Shown here in pieces: positions 39,001-51,000 of a stretch of 64,000 nucleotides of DNA. Position 1 is the first letter of the stretch. The number at the start of each line of letters is the position of its first letter. Location: contig CM059432.1 of NCBI GenBank assembly GCA_030390025.1, positions 23,314,001 to 23,378,000 on the forward strand, given 5' to 3'. A program made the translations under genes and the position numbers. The notes below the pieces were generated by a model. It had not been told where the DNA came from. It did not search any database and worked only from the letters and a program-made list of their open reading frames with translations. The DNA is from Squalus acanthias (lineage: Eukaryota).

Positions 39001-42000
39001 ATTAATATGCAAACATCTGATTAATATGCCATAATGAATCTGCGATGATTAATATGCAACAATCTGCATAGATTAATATGCAACAATCTGCATAGATTAA
39101 AATGCAACAATCTGATTAATATGCAATAATTAATCTGCAAGGAATATGAATTATCTGCAATGATTAATATGCAATAGTCTGCACTGATATGAAATTTTGG
39201 TCTTATATGATAGCAAATTTTCAATGCGGGTTAAGTATGCGGCATATAAGGTGGGTGTCAAAACAATTCTTTATGGTTCAAAACTATGAGGTGTGCAACA
39301 GAAGGCTTCCTTTAATCCATGTGTGAAATCCAGAAACCAAGCTGTGAGGGGAGTTGTAGCAAAAAGGGGAAACAGTTTATGAAGGTAGGTGCAGGAAATA
39401 TGAACACTAAATCCTGCGCAAAGAAAGAGACGAGGCAGCTGAATGTTCTGGCACCAATTTTCAGATGCAGTATTATAGTTTTTGTAAAGAGCTGTGACCT
39501 GTTGGAGATTAAATTAAGCCACTAATGAGGTTTATAAACCAACTGTCAATCTATATTGGTTTATGTTTGAAAAAATATCAACTTATGATTTCTTACCACA
39601 TGTTATGATGTTTAAGAGTTTGTCTTAATGATTTATGAGACAGTGGGGTTGGCATTACTAATATATTACATGCTACTCACTTTGCTTCCTTTATCGCCTG
39701 GCCCACCAGGAAAGCCTCTAGATCCTCGAGAACCCTGTAAGAAACAATTACATCTCAGAGTGAAGTAAATACTACAATGGAATAAAAACAAAGGGCCTGA
39801 AATTCTGTGGTCACTACTCCGCTGCTGGAAGTGCGGTGAGGTGAGACTTCCATCCGTTCTTCGAAAGCCTTTGACCCTGTCCCTAATCCTGGGGACAGAA
39901 TAATTTTAATATTTGTGGCAGTCCGTGTCTACAATAGAGGCACCCGGCCTGAGGAGGTGCTGCAAAATCGGAGTAGCTTCCTGCCGCTACAATGGAGGCC
40001 TACAACAGGCCGAAGATTAGAAGTCAAAAATGAACGAGGGAAATGAGGACATCCCTCTGCTCTCGGCAGCCATGGGATCTGCTGGGCCTATAGGATGCTG
40101 TGCTGTGCAGAATTGACAGAGCCTCCCCTGAACGCTCTGGTAGATGCAAGAGGAGCAGGCATAAGAAGTCGCCGCCACATCCTCTGCCAGATCAGAATTT
40201 GTGGTGGAGTGTAAATGGAGCAGAAACCGGATGGATCCAAGTTCTGCCCCAGGTTCCTGCTCTCCGCAGGCAAAACTCCTGATCAATCCTTCCCCAACAC
40301 CAGATTTTCTGACCCCAAAATTTAAAATAACAAAGTTTTCAGTTTAAAATTATTACTTCTTTGTCATCCTAACTAATCTGTGCACCATACCAAACTTCTT
40401 TTTACACTCTGGGGTTTATTTTAACCCGACCCACATGGTGCAAACTGGGCAGATAAAATCCATTGGGTGATTTATCCACCGATGTCCCTCCCAGATTACA
40501 CTGTTTCCGATTTTTACCGGCACTTCTGGACAGGTGGCTAAGCTGCCCAAAGCTAGGTGGAATCCTTCTTTAAATTTGCAGATCGGGGTCCAATGACGTC
40601 ACCGAGCCCCAACTGCAATTTTTAACTCTGGCCTAAGCAGGGAAGCCACTGCAGCTTTCCTGCCAGGCGAAGGCCTGTCAGAAAAGGATTGGAAGCAGAA
40701 GAGGCCATTCAAGGTAAGTTTCTTAATTTCCTTTGTGGGGCCAGGAGGAGCAGGAGTGCTCCTCCGAGCCCCACAAGAAAAGGTTAGGCCTCCACTTCAT
40801 CGGTGTCCCTCCCCCTTTCCTATCGAGGGAGGCTTGGTTTCCGCCAGGCGTGCAGCATTAAAATCACTCCCCTAAGTACTTGAATTTAAGCCCATTTGGG
40901 ATACACAAAACCCACGATGATGCGGGGAGGGTGGGTGGGGTGAGTTAATTTTGGTCTTTCGGGCTCCCAGGGCAGAACTTTGCACACTGACAGTGCACGT
41001 CTGGAATTCAGCCGTGCATCCAATTCGTGGCCATCACGATTTTCCACCCATTAAAAGTACTGGATGCATAATCTATGGGGGTAAATCAAGATGGTGCCAA
41101 AATTCTGGACGTACATGCAAAGCTGCATGCTGGGAGTGCTAATGAGTAAAATTTATCCCTTTGTGGTTTCATATCATGAATGGACCAGCTATGGAGCTCC
41201 CATCAGTATAGATACAGTTTACATAGATTACATAGAAGATAGGAGCAGGAGTAGGCCATCCGGCCCTTCGAGCCTGCTCCGCCATTTAATGAGATCATGG
41301 CTGATCCTCCAATTCAGTATCCCGTCCCCGCCTTCTCGCCGTAACCCTTAACCCCTTTTGCCTGTAGAAATATATCTAATTCCCTCTTAAATATATTTAA
41401 TGAGCTGGCGTACACTGCCCTCTGTGGCAATGAGTTCCACAGGTTCACCACCCTCTGAGTGAAGAAATTCCCCCTCATTTCTGTCCTAAATGGTTTAGCC
41501 CTTATCCTTAAATTATGTCCTCTAGTTCTGTTCTCACCCGCCAAGGGAAACATTCCTTCTGCATCTAGTCTGTCTAGACCTGTCAGAATTTTATACACTT
41601 CTATGAGGTCCCCTCTCAATCTTCTAAACTCCAGTGTGTACATCCCTAAACTACATAGTCTCTCCTCATAGGTCAATCCCGCCATTCCTGGTATCAGCCT
41701 GGTGAATCGCCGCTGCACCCCCTCCATGGCAAGAACATCTTTCCTCCGATGAGGCGACCAAAACTGTACACAGTACTCGAGGTGTGGTCTCACCAGTGCC
41801 CTGTACAGCTGCAGCAAGGTATCCCTGTTCCTGTATTCCAACCCTTTTGCTATGAAGGCCAGCATACCGTTTGCCTTCTTGACCGCCTGTTGCACCTGCA
41901 TGCTCGCCTTCAGTGACTGGTGTACAAGAACACCCAGGTCTCTCTGTACTTCCCCCTCTCCCAATTTATTGCCATTTAAATAATAATTTGCCCTCCCGTT

Positions 42001-45000
42001 CCTGCACCCAAGGTGGATAACTTTGCACTTGTCCACATTATAGTGCATCTGCCATTTATCCGCCCAATCACCCAGTCTGTCCAAATCGCTCTGGAGCTTC
42101 CTGGTCTCCTCCTCTGAGCCCACCCCCCCTCCTAGTTTAGTGTCGTCTGCAAATTTGGAAATGCTGCATCCGACTCCCTGATCCAGGTCATTAATGTAAA
42201 TTGTGAACAGCTGGGGACCCAGGACAGATCCCTGTGGTACCCCACTTGTTACTGCCTGCCATTCAGAAAATGAGCCGTTTATTCCAACTCTCTGTTGCGC
42301 CCCTCTCTCCCACAACTGTCTCATTTTCCCTGCTGAGCAGTGACAGCGATGCTTGCCTTGAACTGCTCTTTGTTACTGGTCACACAAAAATATGTTGAGA
42401 AAAATTCTGTGCACACTGTAATAAGCAAGACACAGACAGTATGAAGGCATAACATGTTGCTGATTGCATTGGGATTTAAAAACTTTATTTTCAATGAGTC
42501 TAACATTTCAACGGATGGAAGAGAAGGCTAACTTAAAATCTGAAAGAGAAAACCAAGATACCTGCCCTACGCACTATGGTTTGAAATCAATATCCAACAT
42601 GTATGAGGCTAGAAATAATTGTTGTGGGTGTTATTATACAAACGTTTAACTTTCTGTATCAAATTCCTCTCTCCTCTACTTAACGGACCCATTTAAAATA
42701 AACCACTTAACACTTTTGTTAAAACGGCAGAGTGAGGAACTTGATATGAGCATGTTAAGCATTTGTACAATATCACAGATAGTAAATTTTAGGCTATGGT
42801 GTTTATTAGGATGAATGGGAATTTAAATTCATTCAGAAAAAGTACCTTAAAAGAAAATCCAGTGTGTATTCTAGCATATGCTTCAATTGGATGATATCAC
42901 ATACATACCTCAGATCCAGGAGCCCCTCCAACACCTTGTGGCCCAGAAAAACCACGCTCCCCCTGTGTTTAGAAGCAACAGCATGAATTAATGCACATAC
43001 TGGATAAATCTGCTTGGTGCTGACACTGGGTGCCTAAACTGGGAAAGTGTTTCATTTCTGAGCAGGGAAACCCCTCACTTTGATGAATGCAAAATTCATC
43101 AGAAACTTGAACCTACAAGACTCATATTTGGGAACGGAGCTGCCCAGCGTGCAACTCAGCCATTCGGATCAGGAAGGTCCCAGTTTTGTTCCTCGGTCTG
43201 TGCTCAATACTTTTCCAAACAACTTTCTCTCCTGAATATGTTGACTTTCTTTTGGGGTACAGTTGCACACGGGCCAGATATCTTTCCTTACCTCACTCCA
43301 AGAAGTCTTTCTTTATGTGTGAGCCTACACACTGACTATCAGTAGGCTATTTCACCATGGGGTGATATTATAATCATGCCTGTTCCTGCTCTAGTCCACA
43401 GACATGCATAGACTCATTGATGTTTACAGCACAGAAGGAGGCTAGTTGGCCTGCAATGTGCATGCTGGCTCTTTGTTAGAGCAAAAGGTGCTGGAAAGTT
43501 ATCAGGAGCAGAGGACCTGGCTAATCTTTCCCTTTCTTAACACAGGACCAGCACTACTACCTGTAGCACTACCACCACTCCTGCTGAGATCAACTGACTC
43601 AGCAAAGACCAGAGATCAAACCTGGGACTTTCAGGATTGGTACTGCTCAGCTACTCACTGCCTTAATTAGTTATACTTTGGTCTGTGCTAAGTTAGCAGA
43701 GTTCAGCTGGAGTAGAGAATTGCCTCAGCAGTCCTGCCTTAGAGAGGGCAGGGAGGGAGAAAATCAGTCAAGGTTCCTAATGATATTATCGAATGACCAT
43801 TGCTAGAAACTGCCCAAATATGGCATTGGGTGAAAACAGCATCAGGCTCAGCTATAATGTCATCCCCTCCACTGCTCGAAAAGCCTGCAGTATCTAGATT
43901 CACTAAGTGTCCACTTGTACGATACCCCTGGAATCATATTATAGCGGGAGTCAGAACACTCGAGATCAAAGTGGTTAAAACTGGGGAGGGGGGAGGAAAC
44001 ACGGTATATCATCACCATTTGCTTACAAAAAAACAAACAGTGAAGCAGATAACGAAAATCTTCCTTCCATTTAGACACATTCCACCCATAAATCCAATGG
44101 CTCTGTCACAATCCTAATTTCAAAACTTCTACAAGCTCATGTCTCCCAATACAATAAAGCCAGTAAATGTTCATCCTAGCAAGTTTGCAACAACAATGTA
44201 TTAATATTTCTTTCAGGGAAATTAAATGTATTTAAGTTCAGTTCTGAAGACGGAGAAAGTTTAATATTATAGTTATTTAAACCTTTGCTGAAACCTTTTT
44301 GAACATTTTGGCTCTGGAGAAAGTATAGAGAAGAGCAATGAGTATGATCCTTGGCCTAAGTGTATTGAGCTATGATTTTCTGGAGAGAAGTAGACTTAGA
44401 GGGGATCTGATCCAGGTCTGTAACATTGAAAAGGGCATTGATAGCATATAGGTGGATAAATTATTTAAGGTCATGGGGCTCAGTGGAACTAGGATCCATT
44501 CACTTAAATTTAGGAAGTAGGGACTGAGGTTTGAACAGTGAGTGTTTTATTTTTCTCAGAGAGGGATCAAACTATAAATGTCATTCTGGTAATGGGAACT
44601 GACTTCTAGCAGTTCTTCAAGAGAGCATTTTTTAGAAAACAACTAAGTCGTAAGCTTTTGGGATATAACTAACTGGGGCTTGCCTAATCGCCTTTGAGGC
44701 ATCAGAGAGGAATTTTTGACAAAGGTTCCTAAATTGGCTTCTATTTGCTTGTCCAAATAGGTAGGAGGGGGGGGGGGGGGGGGGGGGGGGAGGCTGGAGA
44801 TATGGAGATGATTCCAGTAAGCAGTGGGGAGAGTGCATATGGGCCTTTTCTCATCCCGAGTATATAAGTTAACATTAGAGTAATTGAGTATTTTATATAT
44901 TTTCTCTAACTTGGAGAAATGTACTGTATCACGCATGAGGAAATTTGGCTCTGTTCACATACCTTTGGACCCTCCTTCCCGGCCTCTCCAGAACTACCTT

Positions 45001-48000
45001 TTTGGCCTTTATGGCCCTAGAAGAAAAAAGGTAGTTAGTTTAAGAATCAATATTTCTGAGCAGGCTCGTGGCACAGTGTGCAGGGGAACCAAAATACAGC
45101 ATCATAGGATGGAGGAACACAGGGTTGATCCACTTCACGTCCGAGCTCCCAGTCTCAGTCATGCTCCCCTGTTAGAGTAGAAACCAGACACGTCTTCACA
45201 AAAGGGGAGGGACAATTGGAGTAATTTCCTTGCCACTGTGATGCAAAATGAAGGGTGGCACTGGCAGAGGTCTGGGGGCATGATGACCACCCAAACACAG
45301 GAAGGGCATGGTCCAGCAACACATGTGCAGGTGGAAAAAACAGAAACACCTCATAAAAAGAGGATTTGTCTCTCCAAACCCTCGCATCACAGAGTGAAAA
45401 CCCTGTGCCGCCATTAGCAAAGCAAAATTCAAATTTATCAACACAACAGGAAGGCAAGCTGGCCTTTAAATGTCATCTTGGCTCAGTTGGTAGTATCCTC
45501 ACCTGAGTCAGAAGGTTGTGGTTTCAAGCCCCACTCCAGGACCTGAGCACATAATTTAGGCTGCCACTTTAGAGCTCCACTGTCAGAGGTCTGTCTTTGG
45601 ATGAGTCATTAAACTGAGGCCCTTTCTGTCCATTCAGGTGGATGTTAAAGATTCCATGGCACTACTCAAAGAAGAGCAATGAGCCAATCTGTGTCCAACC
45701 CAACATGCCTCCCTCAGCTTACAGCACCAAAAGACAGAACCTTCCCTCAAGACCGGTGATAGGCTCGATTATTAATGGATAGGGACAGAGCCAATTCATT
45801 TGACCTTTTCTTTTACCACGCTTTCTTATGTGATAGGTTTCAGGGCATTTACCAGGATGAAAAGTCCTCAGTAATTGTATTTATATGAGTTGGAGTAGCA
45901 TAATGTAAATGAATTGTTGTTTACCTTAAACCCTAGTAGCCCAGGGGGCCCAGGAGGGCCTGGAGGACAGGACATTGTACACTGAGAAGCAGAACAAAGA
46001 CTCTCTTAGTTATGTTGCATAAAAATAACATCAGACTAAAGAAATTCAAATATACAAATCATTGTTCAAGTAAGTGATTTATGTCCCACGGATGGGAGAT
46101 ACAAGAAGTTTCCTTGTTTCATATACAATTGCAATAGCTATCAGGCGTGGGCATCTTCCAATCCCCATCCACCTTACCAATTAACAAATAGAGTGGCCCA
46201 TCTAACCAATAGATCCAACTGACCAATAGAGTGGCCCCGTCTGCAGCATCTACCCAGATCCACTTCCCCAGTATCCAGCATTGCCTCCCTCTGCCCCGAT
46301 CCAGAACTGAGGACAAGAAAAGGACCTGCAATGGTCTCACTTGGTTGTTTTTCTATAATTCGCTCTTCTCCAATGTGGAATTATTTTTTTTCTTATATCT
46401 CATGTGATAGGTCAAAATGACTGGAGTGTTAGCAAGGGTTCCAGGACTAGGCCAAAGACAACTGGTGCATGCTTTCTTTTAAAAGTAGCAGCCTCCTTAG
46501 GATATCTGGATGCAATTAGAGTCTTATGATTTCCATCAATTAAGAAGTTTCAAAGTGAGCTTACTGTTCTGGGGCGTTCAGTGGGTGTAGCAACAGAGTA
46601 AGTGAGGCAAGAAGCCGGTGATGCCTCTCCTGCCTCATTTCCACCTATTTGCTGGGCCTGTACCTACTACAGTAAGTGCAAGTTCAACTCACCCCAGCCT
46701 ACTGGTGAAGCCAGAGAAAATGTAAAAGTTAAAGATACCCAACAAAACTGGTTAGTCCTGACCTCTGTGCCTGGGGACATAGGTGTTCTTTTCAGGTAAA
46801 AGTCAGGAAATTCAGCCCCTGAACTCTTGATCACTGCCTAATTCAACTGTCTTCATATTCCTTAACATCCTTAAATAAGTTTCCAGTTCCCTTTCAAACA
46901 TATTAATTGACACTGCGTCCATGGCCATTTGGCCAGTGTCCTCCATACACTTACAATCCTTTGTGCTAAGAAATTCTCTCTGGCTGAGTTAAAATTTTAA
47001 AATTAACATTTCCTGGGCATGTTCTGATTTACTTTTGCCAGTTTCATTAAATAAACTTCTCCAGCTTGACCATGTCTGATCTGATGAAGGGTCTCACCAG
47101 AAATGTTAACCAATCTTTTTCTTCCAGGTTCTGGTTGACCTGATGTGTATTTCTTGTTTTTTCTATTTTCTTTTTCTTTTTGGTCAGTCAGTTACATGTG
47201 GAAACCCATCACCATGGTCAAGGGTCTCCAAACTAAGATACTGTGAAATCCACACAGGGAGTGCACACTATATCTCTCTGGCGACACAAGCATGGGAACA
47301 AAGGCAACAAAGGGAAATGATTGCCAGGAGGGAGGATTTTGGCCTACACCAACCTGGAAGGAGAGAGCTTCACGGAGGGCACATTTCTGTGCCAAAACTA
47401 CTCAAAATGAGGGCCTGGATTAAATAGCTGGTGAGGAGTAAGCCTGGTACACAGCATTGCACTCGGATGCCTAAAACATCAAGGTGACTGGCAGATCGAA
47501 TGCTATATAGATGTTTATTTTTGAGCACCCTGTGCACTTACCACAACATCTCCACTTCCATCTCCTCCTGCCGTGCCAGGTGCGCCCTTTGCAAAGGAGA
47601 GAAGCAGCATTTAGTCATTTGTATTAAATTAAAAACAAACATGAAAACTGCAGCTTAATAAACATTTTTTGTTAATAATTAAAGTATTTTCTGCAATTTT
47701 GTTTTTGCTGCAGATTGGATCCATGCGTGTCACCGGGCTTTTTACACCTTGTTCAAGTGGACATGATGCATGGGACTGGACAGTGAGGGTCAACAGGCTA
47801 CTTAATTATGGGAGGCAGTACAGTAGAGATTAATTCTGTTCCCACAACAAAGTTAATGAATGTTTTGAGTAATTCAGTTTAAAAAAAAACTGGATCTCCC
47901 TTTGTAGGTCTTCTGAATGGAACCGGCACACAATCAACAACAAATATATGTACCAGGCAACTACCACTGGAAACACCTAAAGAGTGAAATATGAAAAGGA

Positions 48001-51000
48001 TAATGCAGAACTTACTTTGGGCCCTGGAGGTCCAGGCACGCCAACTGCTCCTTTTGTTCCAGGGTCACCCTAACATTCAAAATAAAACACAGCTAAGAAC
48101 TTCCTGTGATTTTGTAACACCGCAGTCAACAGTAGAATCTTCATTCTGGAGTTTGTCCAATAACACACATGTTCACACAATCGAATTCAAGTACACAGAC
48201 AATGCCTTGTGGCTACAGTCCAAACTACATAGTGCAACATGCAGCTCCCTACTCGTGTGGTATTTAATAGAGGAACAACAAAAATCAAATTAGAAAGTGC
48301 AAGAAATGTAAATAAAAAACATACATACTAAGCCCGGCATGATTGCATGGAAAAAAAAGAAAAAGATTTGCATTGATATAGCACCTTTTACGACCTCAGG
48401 ACGTTCCAAGGCGCTTTACACCAATGAAGTACTTTTGAAGTGAAGTGTAGTCACTGTTGTAATGTAGGAAACGCAGCAGTCAATTTGCATACAGCAAGCT
48501 CCCACAAACAGCAATGTGATAATGACCAGATAATTTGTTTTTGTGATGTTGATTGAGGGATAAATATTGGCCAGGACACCAGGGAGAACTCCCCTGCTAT
48601 TCTTCAAAATAGTGCCATGGGATCTTTTACGTCCACCTGAGAGGGCAGACAGGGCCTCGGTTTAACGTCGTCTGAAAGACAGCACCTCCAACAGTGCAGC
48701 ACTCCCTCAGTACTGCACTGAATTATGTGCTCCAGTCCCTGGAGTGGGACTTGAACCCACGACCATCTGACTCAGAGGCGAGTGTGCTACCCACTGAGCC
48801 ACAGCCAAAGCAACCAGCTCCTCCAAGGAGGGGAAGAATGTAACTTCAAGTCTACGTTCCCGCACACATTGAGTTTTCAATCTTAACTGTGCCACTGAGC
48901 TGGCGATCTGCACTTTTACACAGATAGGAAAAATGTAGTAACCTGTGAAATTCTGCACATCTTGATTTATTGGTTTCAGAGCTGCACTAACAAGGCCCTA
49001 TACAGCTGCCTGTCAAGCCTCTTGCATCGAAATACAAAGGCCCGGATTTTGCAGTCAGCAGCAAACGAACGGCGCTCACCGTTCATTATGCTCAGAGACT
49101 CTTAGTAGGCTTTTGCACGGCAATTTATGGTAATTAGAGAGCCATTTTAGCGCAGCGCCTTCTACAGGGGATCTGGGACCTGTGTGAACAGGGAAAGCAA
49201 TAGCGTATCTCTTCAGCCAGTCAGATTGAAAAATCCTTACTGAGGCACACAGAGTCTAATCCAGGAAGTGTAAGTTAGAATATTTAATTTAATGTAAAAT
49301 CATGTACAGAAAGCGAAATAAAGAGTTCAAGAAAGATGGGATTAAGAGAGAGAGATAAAAGAGGCAGAAAGAAAAAGTAATTGTTTTTTTAATTCTTTAA
49401 AAATCTCCAATAATAATTAAAATCTGAAGGAATGAGACCCCATGCTTGTAAAAATTAATTTTCAGTGGTTGTTTTGTAGTAATGAAGACTTATCACACCG
49501 TTAAAAATTCACTTGCACTTCAATGGACCAGCCCGAGCTTTTTCTGGTGAGTTTAGTGGGTATCTAGTGGGTAAGTACCACAACTTTACACCCTTCATGT
49601 GTTTGAATGCCGAATCTCTCAGCGAGGCACCCATGTCGCGAAGCTTGTGGAGGAGTAGGGCAACTCGAACAGCAACTTCCTGATTTCCGCGTTTAACGGC
49701 GCATGTGCAGACGCTGGAAGTTGCTGTCCGATTTACTCCATAATAACAATGAGCGCCGATAGCCTCACCATTATTTCTACTGCAAAATCCGGGCCGTAGA
49801 AGTCACAACATAGAAACAGGACATTCAACCCAACCATGCCTAGGTTTACTCTCCATACGAGCAAATAGTCCTAATCACATTTAGCCACCCTGTTCCATGC
49901 TCCTTCATCCTCTTTTCTTTCATCCACCTCTCCAATCTTATCTTGAATGTTGACATAGTTTCTGCCTGAACCATTAACCCTTGAAGTGAATTTCACAGCC
50001 ACACACCACTAAAGAAGTTGCTCTATGGTCCCTTGTTCTTGACCCCGTTAGCCATGGATGATGTGTGGAGTTGACAGACCCAAGCAACTTATGTTGTACA
50101 TGTTACATGTAACAAGTTGTACGTTACATTTTTTTAAAAATGTGACTTGAAAACACCAATGACCAAACCAAATTAAAGTAATATGAAATGAGAGAGAAAG
50201 AAAGGTTTAGTGTTTCAGGAGGGACAGACACTTCATCAGAATTTGGACCCTGTCTTTAAGCTTTCTGATGCTGACTGGACTGCTGTGCATTTTCTGTTTT
50301 AATTTCTTATTTTCTTCCACTTGAGCGACTTTATGCTGGCTATTCCGATGCCGGAATTTTGTTGCAGCTTAAATTAGGTGGCCAGAGTTGTTAAATGGGC
50401 AGTTTTCTCACCCCTCCAGAAATGCAAAGTTTGCATCCATATCTGAAGGCAATCGGCAGGTAATTCATGCTGACAAAGGCTCTGGGAAGCTGCGGCTATA
50501 GACCCAATGGTACCACTAGGATGCGTAAATGCTTGATTAACCTCAATTGGGCAGGATATGTGGTGGTAGGGTCACCCACCTCAAAGAGGCAGCCGTTTCA
50601 ATTATATATTAATTTGAGGGGGTATCGGTACCTCACACAATTCCTCACTGTTCTGGTGTGCAGGAGCCAGATGCGAAAAATGTCCATTTAAAATAGGCAT
50701 TCCTAGTTGGTAGTGAGTACACTGGAGGGCATGGAAAGGACACAGTGATAGAAAAGTAAGTGTATTTTAGCCTTTTTTTAAAAACTGTTTTTCTTCATTT
50801 TTGTTTGTTATTTTCTTTTTCCTGCTGGCTCTTAGATTCTCATAAGCCTTTGTCACAATTATTGTAAATTATTTATTTTTTTCCCTCAGGCCCATTCCGG
50901 ACACGAATGGGAATCCTCCTATCTGATGGGTTTGTTAAAAAAAGAGGGCCTATGGAGGGACGCCATCAGGTCAGGTATGCTCATGAAAGATGTTATGCTC

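Noticed and set aside
44767..44790. 24-nt poly-G run (also ~3343-3365 and poly-C ~15531-15545) as a functional G-quadruplex
   Set aside because: Homopolymers are common here and error-prone in assemblies; no supporting context.
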